IMG/VR virus record: IMGVR_UViG_2724678985_000012
Origin: a virus
Lineage: Duplodnaviria > Heunggongvirae > Uroviricota > Caudoviricetes
DNA: 64,000 nucleotides
Strand: one strand, 5' to 3'
Shown: piece after piece, positions 9,580 to 19,396 of the stretch
Position numbering within the stretch: position 1 is the stretch's first letter
Layout of the letters: each line of letters begins with the position of its first letter
Program-made: the position numbers and the translations under genes
The notes under the pieces: generated by a model
What the model saw: the letters and a program-made list of their open reading frames with translations, nothing else
Told to the model about the DNA's origin: nothing
Databases searched by the model: none

Positions 9580-10070
9580 TTTACGTAAAAGTGAAACGCC
9601 TACATCCGGCAGCAAAACTTCCAGCTTATGCCACCTCCGGATCGGCGGCGATGGATTTTGAGGCTGTTGAAATAAAACCATGCGTCGATAGCAATGGTGC
9701 AATTTCCTCAAGCTGGTGGGTGTATACCGGACTGGCTATGGAGATCCCGCCCGGCTGGTGTCTGAAACTCTATCCGCGATCCGGATTGGGCTGCAAAAAA
9801 CATACTCGCCTGGCTAACTGCGTAGGAATTATCGACTCCGATTATCGCGGCGAAATCATGGCAAAACTGATTACTGATCCCGGCGGGGAAGGCGTTTGTC
9901 TCAAGCCTGGAATGGCTGTCATGCAAGGAATTTTTGAACGAGTTGAACAAGTCTCACTAGTCGAGGTTGAGGAACTCAACGAAACGGAACGTGGTGCTGG
10001 TGGCTTTGGTAGCACATCGGAAGGCCACTTTGAAATTAAGCGTTCACCGCTTCAGTACGAAAAGTTATAA
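9576..10070 (+). CDS. dut: dUTPase (dUTP pyrophosphatase)
   Basis: 164 aa; motifs AAMDF, GIIDSDYRGE, C-terminal glycine-rich GGFGSTS. Confidence 0.8.
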   Translation: MIYVKVKRLHPAAKLPAYATSGSAAMDFEAVEIKPCVDSNGAISSSWWVYTGLAMEIPPGWCLKLYPRSGLGCKKHTRLANCVGIIDSDYRGEIMAKLITDPGGEGVCLKPGMAVMQGIFERVEQVSLVEVEELNETERGAGGFGSTSEGHFEIKRSPLQYEKL

Positions 10071-10084
10071 GCAGAGAAAAGACT

Positions 10085-10762
10085 ATGAATAACATGGCAA
10101 CGAAAGAGCTTTTTAAGTTCCTTCCCAAATACAAAGCTCACAAAAACGTTAGTGCATCGAAAATCAAAAATGTTGTTATTTTCGGAGTAACTGATGCCCC
10201 ACTTTGGGGCTGCATCGAACTCGTTGAACCAAAAGGGGCAACAGTTTGTGTTGACGCAATGTTTTTACAAAAACACCGACCAAAAACTGGCGGGTATCTG
10301 ATCGTTTATGAAAACGGTTATCTGTTCTATGCCCCGGAGAAACCATTTGAGGAACGCTATGGCCTGGTTAACGACGCCTCCAAAAATGGAACCACGGTCA
10401 TCATTACGGATGACAACGGCGTGATGATTAATCTTACCGGGAGCGTAACTATTTCTGCTGGTGGCATCACCACCCAGCAAGAAGAAATCGACCTTGAAGC
10501 AGCCGACTTTTCTGACGCGCTGATGTGGCTGAAGGATGGCAAGAAAGTTGCTCGACGCGGGTGGAACGGCGAAAACCAATTCTGCTGGCTGGTTCCTGAA
10601 GGACAGTACCCGGCACGAATGGAAGCCATTAAGGGATATTTCCCCGGCGACCTCGTTCCGTATGGTGCTTATTTCGCCTTAAAAAATGCACAAGGTGTAG
10701 TTGTTCCGTGGGTTCCTTCTGTAGGCGACTTACTGGCATGTGACTGGTTTGTAGTGGAGTGA
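10085..10762 (+). CDS. DUF2829-domain protein (Tad2-like fold candidate) with N-terminal extension
   Basis: 225 aa; C-terminal DFSDALMWLKDGKKVARRGWNGEN ... DLLACDW matches DUF2829 signature as recalled. Confidence 0.5.
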   Translation: MNNMATKELFKFLPKYKAHKNVSASKIKNVVIFGVTDAPLWGCIELVEPKGATVCVDAMFLQKHRPKTGGYLIVYENGYLFYAPEKPFEERYGLVNDASKNGTTVIITDDNGVMINLTGSVTISAGGITTQQEEIDLEAADFSDALMWLKDGKKVARRGWNGENQFCWLVPEGQYPARMEAIKGYFPGDLVPYGAYFALKNAQGVVVPWVPSVGDLLACDWFVVE

Positions 10763-10768
10763 TTTGAC

Positions 10769-11545
10769 ATGGAAAGCACCAAAACAATTCAATACCGCTT
10801 GCGTAATGGCCTGCTGGTGGCTGTTAACGCCGACATGTCACTGCCGTTTGACACGATTGAACGCACTATCATGACGTATCTCGGCTTTAATGAAGAGCTG
10901 AATGAAGAGCATGGCGTAGCTATATGGAGTGATGCAGACAGCGGCGTTCGTCGTTACATCACCGCCAGGGGCAAAGACTACTCTCTGGAAGAACTGTTTA
11001 CCCTTGCGCAGTCTTTCGAATGTGTAGCATTAGACCTGTTTAATGATCCTGCTATAGCGCAACGACTTATACGCGAGCTTGGGCTATCCGTTACACCAAT
11101 TATCTTTAAAAATGGCAGCCTGACTGGCACATGGCGCGTAGAACGCATCTCAAACTACCTTCCATATAACCGACAGTTAAATGGAGTAATCTCCGGCGTT
11201 AATCAGCCCGTAGCGTGTGAAAATGTAAACCTGGTTGTCGCTGTTTTGGCAACCGCATGTCGTGTTATCGGTTTGGCTAAACAGGCATTTATTCATTTCC
11301 CAAATGGTGCAGAAGGTAGCGCAGAGATTATCGCGTGTGATTTCGAATTTACCTGGATGCTACGCGAATATCTGGACCAAACAGTATTCCGTGCCGAAGA
11401 ACTGGATATGTATATCACGTCAACGATTCCAGACGATGTGCGAGCTGAAGCAATCGCTATAGCCAGGGCGAAATGCCGTGCGGCGATTGCAGAACGGGCC
11501 AAAGAAGAACAGTCCAATGATACAGCGGCAGAAGAGGTGAAATAA
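10769..11545 (+). CDS. Hypothetical protein
   Basis: 258-aa ORF ending at strong terminator. Confidence 0.45.
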   Translation: MESTKTIQYRLRNGLLVAVNADMSLPFDTIERTIMTYLGFNEELNEEHGVAIWSDADSGVRRYITARGKDYSLEELFTLAQSFECVALDLFNDPAIAQRLIRELGLSVTPIIFKNGSLTGTWRVERISNYLPYNRQLNGVISGVNQPVACENVNLVVAVLATACRVIGLAKQAFIHFPNGAEGSAEIIACDFEFTWMLREYLDQTVFRAEELDMYITSTIPDDVRAEAIAIARAKCRAAIAERAKEEQSNDTAAEEVK

Positions 11546-11546
11546 C

Positions 11547-11579
11547 AAAAAGCCCGCTTGGTATGGCGGGCTTCTTTTC
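11547..11579. terminator. Rho-independent terminator (bidirectional-like)
   Basis: AGCCCGC-ttggtatg-GCGGGCT followed by TCTTTTC, A-run upstream. Confidence 0.7.
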
Positions 11580-11796
11580 AAATACTGGAAGCACTTTGCC
11601 TGCTACCAAGCATTCTCTGTTTAAGCACAACCATTTCCTGACGGCATAACACAGCAATAGCGGTCCTGGCGCCAATTTGCTTACCAATCAGGTATTGCTT
11701 TACCTCGCGGCGACTCACGCCATCAAGAAGCATCTTTAACGCTTCACGGGACAATTTGTTGTATCTACGTGCCATTAATCTACTCCGCGGAACCAT
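11578..11796 (-). CDS. Possible small HTH protein downstream of doc
   Basis: 72-aa ORF with HTH-like [22 protein letters not shown]; overlaps doc 3' end; weak. Confidence 0.25.
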
Positions 11797-12160
11797 ACAA
11801 TCTACGTAACGTGTCGGCGACAGAAGATACAGATATCTCTCCGGTCGCAGCCCCTACGGTAAGGTCTGCCAGTTCAGGTGAATCAAATACCTGCACCCCG
11901 TTACGGCGTAGAAATAGCAGCGCACTGTTTAGCGCGGTACGCTTATTGGCATCATTGAATATATGCCCTCTCGCCGTAGCCACCAGGTAGGTGGCGGAGA
12001 CTTCGAAAAGGTCGGTGATCTCTTCGTAGGCAACTCTGGCCTGAACTCTCCCGATAATGGCCTCTGCCCTACCCGGATCTGACATGCCCGGCAGTCCGCC
12101 GTAGCGGCTTATATTCGCATCATGAAGCGCAATAAGTTCTTCCGGTGATATATGCCTCAT
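11780..12160 (-). CDS. doc: Doc toxin (Fic-fold kinase, death on curing)
   Basis: 126 aa, essentially P1 Doc as recalled ([22 protein letters not shown]...). Confidence 0.95.
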
Positions 12161-12381
12161 TATCGGTTAACCAGTTCCTTGTTGGTGGAATCCAGAGTGT
12201 CAAACAGAGATGCAAATTCGGCATCCAGCGCCGCTTTTTTGTAGGCTTCGAAAGTAGCCTTGCTGACAATTACTGCTGGCTCACGGCCTCTGCGGGTGAT
12301 TTCAACCTCTTCCCCGGCTTCAACATTGTTGAGCACTTCAGAAAAGTTGCCGCGCGCGGTACGGAAGTTAATGGATTGCAT
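12160..12381 (-). CDS. phd: Phd antitoxin
   Basis: [12 protein letters not shown]...ELVNR matches P1 Phd; ORF track adds two N-terminal residues (to 12387); stop overlaps doc start. Confidence 0.95.
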
Positions 12382-12453
12382 AAACACCTCGTGTACTCAT
12401 TATGTGTACACAATTATAAACCTCACAGGCATAAAGCACCAGCACTTTGCAGC

Positions 12454-12830
12454 TTAAATAACCGGACAATCATCAAACTCCCCACTTCGGGCATCATTGA
12501 TGACATGAGTGATCACACCAAAAACAGCATTACTTCCCGTGCATCCATCGTCATCTACTGGTAACGCCTCTTTCTTCCCGGTGCTTAAATCCTCCAGGTG
12601 CTGGCGCGGATACTTCCTGTATCTCTTTATGCGATATTCACCCTCCATAGCGCACACAAGCAGCGAACCATCAACTGGAGTAAGCGAAGAATCAACCACC
12701 AGCATATTCCCTCACGGTGATGGCTATCAGCTGCCCGCATGAAGTAGGTTGCTGATGGATGCCTGATTAGTTGCTGATCAAGAGAAATTCGGCTTTCAAC
12801 ATAATCCGCCGCAGGAGAAGGGAAGCCCAT
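12454..12830 (-). pseudogene. humD: humD (UmuD'-like S24 peptidase) interrupted by a frameshift
   Basis: N-terminal part (FPSPAADYVE...HPSATYFMRA) in ORF 12627..12830, C-terminal part (LVVDS...GEYRIKRY...VFGVITHV) in a different frame 12454..12705; about five residues missing at the junction. Confidence 0.6.
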
Positions 12831-12859
12831 AGCGTTTTCACCTCAATAATACTGTTCAT

Positions 12860-12879
12860 TTATACAGTATACATTAAAT
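12860..12879. promoter_or_regulatory. LexA box (SOS operator)
   Basis: TACTGTTCATTTATACAGTA fits CTGT-N8-ACAG, about 30 bp upstream of humD start. Confidence 0.65.
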
Positions 12880-13099
12880 GGACACCTTTGGTGCAAACGC
12901 GTTACGTACATCAACCACCGCTGATGATTTTGTGCTCTTTGCTACTATTCATCACCAACGGATCAGCGTAACCTCGTTGCCAATCAGTTAATAAGGAATT
13001 GGCTATGCCTAATCGCATTCCTCTCGATCCTGTATTGCCCAAAAATTTTGACTGCACTCCTAACGAGAAACATTTTAAAATAAAGCTCGCCGGTCATCA

Positions 13100-13456
13100 T
13101 TAACTCCTACATTCAGGGCAAGAGTTCCCTTCCGCAAAATAGGGGAAACTGCTATCAAGCTCATCACACCATCTGCGATGGTCGTAGCACCAAAACGCCT
13201 CCCACGGTACACGGAAATACTTCATCCACCAGGACACTCGATCAGGTATATCTGCTGGTGGCAGCTCTTCTGGCAATAATTTGCCTGATAATTCCCTTTC
13301 CGCCCGCGCCAGCATTCCTTTTAGACTCGCATTTTCTTTTTCAAGAATCTCTACGCGAGCCTGTAACTCAGCTTTCGTTGGCATGGCCCGCCTCATGTTT
13401 ATCAGCCACCAGCGGCAATAAAGCCTTAGCCATTTCATGAACCAACATGGCATCAA
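13100..13456 (-). CDS. Hypothetical protein (likely shorter, start near 13384-13396)
   Basis: 118-aa ORF overlapping upstream gene; coiled-coil segment then Cys/Trp-rich tail. Confidence 0.3.
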   Translation of the reverse strand: MMPCWFMKWLRLYCRWWLINMRRAMPTKAELQARVEILEKENASLKGMLARAERELSGKLLPEELPPADIPDRVSWWMKYFRVPWEAFWCYDHRRWCDELDSSFPYFAEGNSCPECRS

Positions 13457-14135
13457 TGACGCCTAGCGTATGGCCCGGCTTAATCTTTAATGCGGCCTCA
13501 AGATAGCCTCTTTCCAGAGTGGTTTTTACGCTTTTCCTAGGCGCTTGTTGGGAACCATCCGGAAGAACCGGATGGTTCCCAGCCTCATAAGCTACCCGCA
13601 ACCAGTGCATGAATGTTTCCGCAGACACACAACCGCAGTCCACATCGATTTCCCCGCGTTGCTGCTCCAGCCATTGCTCAAAATCTAACTTGTAAGCCTT
13701 ACTTTCAGACTTGACTTTCTGAGACGCTATGCGAGCTGCTTCATACTGTTCACGAGTGACAACCGATGTAAACGCACTGCGATCAAGGTCACTGATATCG
13801 CAAATAATGCCATCAATGGAATAATTCTTTGATGATTGGTAATTTTTATGGCGCGTACCAAAAAGAACCGTAGCGCGACTACTACCTGGCATCGTAATGG
13901 ATAGATGGCAAAAATCTTTTCCATCAGGCCATCCATGCCCCTTAGATAATTCCTTCACTAACAAGTCAATCAGTGTCATAGCTTTACCATCCTTGCAAGG
14001 CGCTAAAGCTATTTTGGCAAGTTCCAATACTTCATCTGCTGTGTATCCAGCACCGTGACCATACATTTCGATACGGGAAATAATATCTGAAATACGCTCT
14101 TTAGTGATTCTTGTCATAGTTTTATTTCCTTGCAT
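13368..14135 (-). CDS. Hypothetical protein
   Basis: 255-aa ORF in minus-strand accessory operon. Confidence 0.45.
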   Translation of the reverse strand: MQGNKTMTRITKERISDIISRIEMYGHGAGYTADEVLELAKIALAPCKDGKAMTLIDLLVKELSKGHGWPDGKDFCHLSITMPGSSRATVLFGTRHKNYQSSKNYSIDGIICDISDLDRSAFTSVVTREQYEAARIASQKVKSESKAYKLDFEQWLEQQRGEIDVDCGCVSAETFMHWLRVAYEAGNHPVLPDGSQQAPRKSVKTTLERGYLEAALKIKPGHTLGVIDAMLVHEMAKALLPLVADKHEAGHANES

Positions 14136-14323
14136 GGTTCGCCTTTACGGCAAACAGCTACACGGTCATTTCTTACATTAACCACAGTCACCGTTCCGTC
14201 ATCGCATTGAATAACGATGAAAGGGTGTTCATTCTCTTTTGTGCAATGTTGCTGTTCCCCTGCTGTAACAGTGAGGGGAATTAATAAAATAATAATTACT
14301 GCGAATTTACTAAATGTTGCCAT
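14114..14323 (-). CDS. Small secreted protein (signal peptide)
   Basis: 69 aa; N-terminal hydrophobic signal-like segment, four Cys. Confidence 0.3.
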   Translation of the reverse strand: MATFSKFAVIIILLIPLTVTAGEQQHCTKENEHPFIVIQCDDGTVTVVNVRNDRVAVCRKGEPCKEIKL

Positions 14324-14347
14324 AGCAATCTTTCTTTCTGTTTTTCA

Positions 14348-14641
14348 TTATGGTTGAATCCAGTTATCTTCAATAGCAATGCTTAATCTTTGTAACCATT
14401 CTGCTAATTTCAGCATTGCTTCTCTTTCGCTTAAACCACACGGAAAATCATCAAGCGATATTGTTGGCTTGAAGTTTCCTAAATTATCCATTTCGACGGT
14501 CAGATTTTGCTCCAGCACGGTATTTCTTACGCGGCTATTGTGCCGAAGCAAATATACTGAACGTGATTTATTGGTTTTGTGGTCGAAAGTATATTCGGTA
14601 AGTATCATCTGGCTTCCGCCATGATTATTACCGCGCCACAT
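14348..14641 (-). CDS. Hypothetical protein
   Basis: 97-aa ORF. Confidence 0.35.
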   Translation of the reverse strand: MWRGNNHGGSQMILTEYTFDHKTNKSRSVYLLRHNSRVRNTVLEQNLTVEMDNLGNFKPTISLDDFPCGLSEREAMLKLAEWLQRLSIAIEDNWIQP

Positions 14642-14664
14642 AATTACTCCGTGTTAATTGAAAT

Positions 14665-14967
14665 TTAGCTATTAATCTTCACTTTTATCGCGAACACCTT
14701 TACCGGTTTATCACCGAAGTGCGGATGTGTGATTGTTTTTATTTCATATCCGTTATACGGGACGTCAATTCTGCGACTGAAGTCTTCGCGCTTCGGATAT
14801 CCCTTTGTGATAATCAGGCGGTCATACTTACGGTTAACGAGGCGCTTATTCCAGTAGTCATTACACAGGCGATACTCTTCCGTTTTCTCCCCTCGAATCA
14901 TGGCATCGAAGTATTCACCTTTAACGGCAAGTTGCAGGTTAGCCATTACCTCACCTCCAGTCTCCAT
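14665..14967 (-). CDS. ASCH-like domain protein
   Basis: 100 aa; GEKTEEYR resembles ASCH GxKxxExR motif. Confidence 0.4.
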   Translation of the reverse strand: METGGEVMANLQLAVKGEYFDAMIRGEKTEEYRLCNDYWNKRLVNRKYDRLIITKGYPKREDFSRRIDVPYNGYEIKTITHPHFGDKPVKVFAIKVKINS

Positions 14968-15206
14968 ACCGCCTGACCAATCCGGCTGGCATGGGTATCT
15001 TTGGATACTGTTCCGTCTTTAGCCAGCTCCATAAGAATTTTGCGCAAATCTGCCGAACGCCATTCTTCATCAGGAAATTCCTTCTCCATTGCCAACCGCA
15101 GATTCCAGGTTGCCATCCTGAATGGATATTCCCCGCCGAGAGCTTTATCTTGCAGGGCAGCCCGGGAACGCATCACCTGCAAAACCTTCTCTTTTACATC
15201 CATCAT
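14946..15206 (-). CDS. Hypothetical protein
   Basis: 86-aa ORF, coupled to neighbours. Confidence 0.35.
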   Translation of the reverse strand: MMDVKEKVLQVMRSRAALQDKALGGEYPFRMATWNLRLAMEKEFPDEEWRSADLRKILMELAKDGTVSKDTHASRIGQAVWRLEVR

Positions 15207-15778
15207 TTCGCCTCCTGCGGCGGTTCCGGTAGCGGCATCCAGTGAGTTGCTTGCTCAATACCATTACCCGGCTTAATCGTTGCATCTCCGCGCCGAAAGG
15301 TGCTTCCGGTATAGCGTGCGGAGCATATTAGCGGTTCAACCAGAGAGCTATCGAAATTCACCGAAATAAGCACGTTCTGGTTCTTTTCAGGCATCCGCTC
15401 ACTACAGCTTATCCAACCATCCGGAGTTACCGGCACTGGCTGGGCGGTGTAAAGTGGAACAACTCGCCCTCCCCATTGCTTAACACTACTCTCAGCGAAC
15501 ACTAAATGCTCAGTCCGATAATACCCAGGGGCATCAATATCTTTTCTTTCGCTATCCCACATGTAAACCACCGGTTCTGCTTCCAGTGATGCCAGTGCAA
15601 TTCGTGCCAGCTCACGCACAACTTCAGGGGGCGCGTAACGGTCATTCAGGTCATCCCACAGGCGTAGCATGTTATCGCTACCAGGGTGAACATCCTCGTT
15701 AGTTCCGGCAAGCGCACTAATAACCTCATCGGCTGCTTCAATAATTTTCTGTGCCTGTTCTCTGGTAATAGTGGTCAT
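15203..15778 (-). CDS. Hypothetical protein with DUF551-like C-terminus
   Basis: 191 aa; C-terminal WISCSERMPE...THWMPLPEPP typical of lambdoid DUF551 proteins. Confidence 0.45.
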   Translation of the reverse strand: MTTITREQAQKIIEAADEVISALAGTNEDVHPGSDNMLRLWDDLNDRYAPPEVVRELARIALASLEAEPVVYMWDSERKDIDAPGYYRTEHLVFAESSVKQWGGRVVPLYTAQPVPVTPDGWISCSERMPEKNQNVLISVNFDSSLVEPLICSARYTGSTFRRGDATIKPGNGIEQATHWMPLPEPPQEAK

Positions 15779-16056
15779 TTGTTAATCCTTAAAACTTTAT
15801 GCCCTGGCGCAAAAGCACGTGTTTTGTCTTTGCTTATTCGCCAGCCATCCTTACGTGCCTCTTTTGCACAGCCAGCCCATGACGTACCGATATATTCACC
15901 GAAGTCTGGTACTGGATATACACCTTCCGTACACTGGCGGCAGTCACAATAGAGATGCATGGTGTAACTTGCGGCAATAGCCATATCACTCTCCTTTAGT
16001 ACGCAAGTGGTTTTTCCAGCGGTTTTGCGCCGCGCTGGGCTTTTTGCAAAAACCAC
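15775..16056 (-). CDS. Hypothetical Cys-rich small protein
   Basis: 93-aa ORF; competes with overlapping ORF 15986..16267. Confidence 0.3.
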   Translation of the reverse strand: MVFAKSPARRKTAGKTTCVLKESDMAIAASYTMHLYCDCRQCTEGVYPVPDFGEYIGTSWAGCAKEARKDGWRISKDKTRAFAPGHKVLRINK

Positions 16057-16160
16057 AATCCATCATCCCGTAATATTTCATCAACCCCATCCGTCGGTTG
16101 CTGAGTCTCACCCACTGCCAGACGCTAGGGGCGTTTCTACGAACTAACAGAATCTTTGCT

Positions 16161-16727
16161 TTACGGTTTTTCATCGTTTTGCTCTCCTGCGTCTCCTTTG
16201 ATGCAAATGCCAGCGACGCGTGGCACATTAACTTCCACGATGCGCACAGTTGGTTTGTACATCTCAATCGCTGTCAGCCAGTCAGCGCCGGTCATATGCT
16301 TTTCTGCATCGCCATTAGTCCATTGAACCGGCACACCAATAGCTTTCATCGCAATTTCTATTTCCCCGGCGATGGCGCTTTTTCCGCAACCAGTAAAACC
16401 AGAAACAACGACAAGAACTTCGCCTTTGGCTGGTTTTATTTCCCGTGCTTCCAGTTCTGCAATGCGCTTCTCTGCGGCTTCCAGCTCAACACGCAGCTTC
16501 CCTACCGTTAGCGCAATTTCCTCGTTCTCCTGGTCGCGGCGTTTGATGTATTGCTGGTTTCTTTCCCGTTCATCCAACAATGCCAGCGCGATATCTGGCG
16601 AAAAGTGCTTCATAAAATCGTTAAGCGCATTAATTCGCTGATCGAAAGGCATTACAGGTGCTTCACCAGCAATTTTTGTTTTTTCAGCGATTTCACGAAG
16701 TTTTTGATAGTCAATTTTGTTTGTCAT
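16161..16727 (-). CDS. Ead/Ea22-like coiled-coil protein
   Basis: 188 aa; coiled coil ELEAAEKRIAELEAR shared with two paralogs downstream. Confidence 0.45.
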   Translation of the reverse strand: MTNKIDYQKLREIAEKTKIAGEAPVMPFDQRINALNDFMKHFSPDIALALLDERERNQQYIKRRDQENEEIALTVGKLRVELEAAEKRIAELEAREIKPAKGEVLVVVSGFTGCGKSAIAGEIEIAMKAIGVPVQWTNGDAEKHMTGADWLTAIEMYKPTVRIVEVNVPRVAGICIKGDAGEQNDEKP

Positions 16728-17602
16728 ACCACTACCTCTTCGAATTTCAACTCCAATTGGTCACCCCAGATTTCACATGATTCGGAACACGAACCAGTAT
16801 CAAACCGCTTGGCCTGCACCATCGCCTGATACAAATTTCTGTAGTCGCTGTCGGCATACATTCTGGCAATCCCGTCAAGCGTCAGGTGACCACGGTACAT
16901 AACGTCTTTACCTGTTCTGCGATGACCATCCCTGACGTGTTTGCCTGTAACCAGTTCATTAAAAACCCGCATCAGACCAGGTTCGTCTTTACATGCAAGC
17001 CCCAGCTTTTGCGTTGACTTTTTGATGCAAAAAACACAGTTCCCGAGGTGCTCCGGGATTTGCAAATCAAAAGGTTGTTTTCGCCACCACCGAATAACAT
17101 CCGACTTATCAAAATCTGACAGTTCTGCAAGATACCGGACGCCCGGTTTCGGTTTCAGCCTACGGTGTTCGTCCGCACGAATACCCAGCCATGTGATGTA
17201 ATTCCCTCGCCCAAAATGGTCATCGCAATATTTCGTGAAAGGGGTGAGTTTTAGCCTGTCAGTACAGAACGCGCCGCCGATGTAAGGCGTACCGTACTTT
17301 TTAACCATGTCCATAAACGGTTTAAGCACCGGCATTCGCGTCTGAATATCCTTTGGTTCCCATTCCGTATAACCATTTGGCTGCCCAAGTTCTGGATTTA
17401 TATCGACCTGCAACACCGTTAGCGGTACGTTCCAGAACTTCACAACCTCACGAATAAAGCGATACGTCAGAGGATGTTCACAGCCGGTATCCATAAAAAT
17501 GAAATGGACGCTAGCGCCAGCTTTTCGCTGTGCTTCCATCAGATGAACGAGATAAGCCGATGTTCGTCCACCTGAAAAGCTGACAACTTGATGCATACTC
17601 AC
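16724..17602 (-). CDS. PAPS reductase-like (PP-loop ATP pyrophosphatase family) protein
   Basis: 292 aa; N-terminal SFSGGRTS PP-loop motif; common lambdoid accessory gene. Confidence 0.7.
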   Translation of the reverse strand: MSMHQVVSFSGGRTSAYLVHLMEAQRKAGASVHFIFMDTGCEHPLTYRFIREVVKFWNVPLTVLQVDINPELGQPNGYTEWEPKDIQTRMPVLKPFMDMVKKYGTPYIGGAFCTDRLKLTPFTKYCDDHFGRGNYITWLGIRADEHRRLKPKPGVRYLAELSDFDKSDVIRWWRKQPFDLQIPEHLGNCVFCIKKSTQKLGLACKDEPGLMRVFNELVTGKHVRDGHRRTGKDVMYRGHLTLDGIARMYADSDYRNLYQAMVQAKRFDTGSCSESCEIWGDQLELKFEEVVV

Positions 17603-17605
17603 GGT

Positions 17606-18298
17606 TTATTCCTGAACGCGCTTAAACTCGATTACCCATACCCACGGGTTAGATAGCCAGTTATCCTGCCCGTAAATACTGCGCCAGATATCACCAAAAC
17701 CAACGCGATAAACAGCTTCCGGCGGCGTAATTTTGTACATCGCCGGAGATGCGCCTTCTGCTTTAGCATCTGCCTCGCTCATATCACGCAGCCGTTCCAC
17801 ACGCACGTCGGTAATTTCCAGCAAAATACGCGAAGCCCAGCGCGGCATGTGAATTGATGGACGCCACCCGCCATCAAACTTTTCATTCACAGTGTGAGGT
17901 TTCCAGTCGACATCATCGGGTATCGACCACAAACCGTAATCACCAGGCTTTTGCTCACAACTGGCCCGATAAATCCTTGCTGCGTTCTTCTCATCGCCAC
18001 GACAAAGGTTGTCGTTCCAGTCCACACTGCAACCATCCTCATTGCCTAATATCGCCCACGCCTCACGGACCCATATGCGATCACCAACGTTACCGAACGG
18101 GCATAAACCATGTTCAGGTGCATCCATAACGTGGGTATAGACACCATTGCGTTTCTTTGTCGGTTTACGGATAACTAGGCAGTTATCGGCCCTGACATTT
18201 TTTACAGGTCGGCGAGTCTGCGTCTTCCTTCCTTCGAGGATGGCCCTGACCATCTCATCGTTAAAAATCATCCCGCGTTCTTTCATTTTTTGATCCAC
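17606..18298 (-). CDS. ASCH-like domain protein
   Basis: 230 aa; N-terminal ILEGRKTQTRR motif. Confidence 0.4.
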   Translation of the reverse strand: MDQKMKERGMIFNDEMVRAILEGRKTQTRRPVKNVRADNCLVIRKPTKKRNGVYTHVMDAPEHGLCPFGNVGDRIWVREAWAILGNEDGCSVDWNDNLCRGDEKNAARIYRASCEQKPGDYGLWSIPDDVDWKPHTVNEKFDGGWRPSIHMPRWASRILLEITDVRVERLRDMSEADAKAEGASPAMYKITPPEAVYRVGFGDIWRSIYGQDNWLSNPWVWVIEFKRVQE

Positions 18299-18302
18299 CT
18301 CA

Positions 18303-19298
18303 TCAGTTATTGAACGTGATCACTCCGCGCTCGATGGCGAAGTCAAAAAGCTGGTTAGCGGCTACGTAAAGGCGTATGCCATGTGCTTTTTCCCATGCCC
18401 GAACATCGTTTTCTGCGCTTCTGGCGCAGTCATCGCAAAGAGGAACAGCCCAGCGGTCGTGTTCGTTTAACGAGCGGGCGCGGTACATGAACGGGTGGTT
18501 AACTTTGCCACCGCATCCGATGCACGGACGAGAAACCACAAACCGGAGATAAGCCGGGCTTTTACCGAGGACCGCTTTTGGTCGGCGCATATAAAGCAGG
18601 CCGGAATCCTCATCTACAGACAGGTTGACGATCTGCTCTGCGGTTATGTCCACCAGCTCGCGGGTACTGTGCTCCCAGGTGATATCTGATTCTTTCAGCG
18701 TACCGGTAGGGATTTCAGTTTTTGGCTGACAAAATGCAATGCGACCAGCTTCATCAGGCAGTTCGTCTTTAAGATTCCGGCGAATGGCCCAAAAGGTGAG
18801 TTCAACCATGCTCAGATCGCGATCCGGCGGAAGTTTTAACTCGCTGGCAGCCCAGTTCATAATCCAGTTGGCGCGATTCCGTGACAGTTGGTCTTCCAGC
18901 TTGCCGTATCCCTTCATCATGTATTCCGCATCATGCTTCCAGCACAGGCGAACGGCAGAACCGTTATAGAAATGGGTGGTTAGCTGGTGGCTGCAATCGC
19001 GCTTATCATGCGCCTGGCAATCGTGAATGTTGGTGCTAACCCAGTGAACGAGAGAATCCTCACCACCTAACGCGTTAAATACACGCTCACTTTGAAAAAA
19101 GGGTGCCAGTGACTGGTTGGCAACCAGTGAATAATTCAGGTCAACGACACCATCAGGGGTGTTTTCAGCCTGTTCACGCGGCAATGGGGATATAAGAAAA
19201 CGGCGTCCTGCGCCGATGTAATTGCTGGTGGGCTTATCTACAGGAAAGACAGCCACACCAGTTTCATTTACGACATATGGGGTGATTATTGCACTCAT
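18303..19298 (-). CDS. DUF968-like Cys-rich prophage protein
   Basis: 331 aa; C-terminal CIGCGG...CDDC cluster typical of lambdoid nin-region proteins. Confidence 0.45.
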   Translation of the reverse strand: MSAIITPYVVNETGVAVFPVDKPTSNYIGAGRRFLISPLPREQAENTPDGVVDLNYSLVANQSLAPFFQSERVFNALGGEDSLVHWVSTNIHDCQAHDKRDCSHQLTTHFYNGSAVRLCWKHDAEYMMKGYGKLEDQLSRNRANWIMNWAASELKLPPDRDLSMVELTFWAIRRNLKDELPDEAGRIAFCQPKTEIPTGTLKESDITWEHSTRELVDITAEQIVNLSVDEDSGLLYMRRPKAVLGKSPAYLRFVVSRPCIGCGGKVNHPFMYRARSLNEHDRWAVPLCDDCARSAENDVRAWEKAHGIRLYVAANQLFDFAIERGVITFNN

Positions 19299-19340
19299 AA
19301 TGCATACCGACTCTGTTTTGTTCCGATCGGTAAAATAATA

Positions 19341-19355
19341 TGTTAGAAAACTAAA
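19341..19355 (-). promoter_or_regulatory. C1-type operator-like site (reverse orientation)
   Basis: TGTTAGAAAACTAAA, exact reverse complement of the motif; second partial copy at 19361-19368; upstream of minus-strand operon starting 19298. Confidence 0.5.
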
Positions 19356-19396
19356 ATCAATGTTCTAACGTGATTTTGAGTGCGTAAATGATTTGA

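Noticed and set aside
15986-16267. 93-aa minus-strand ORF with Cys pair
   Set aside because: Overlaps both flanking better-supported ORFs (15775..16056 and 16161..16727) in different frames; kept only as an alternative.
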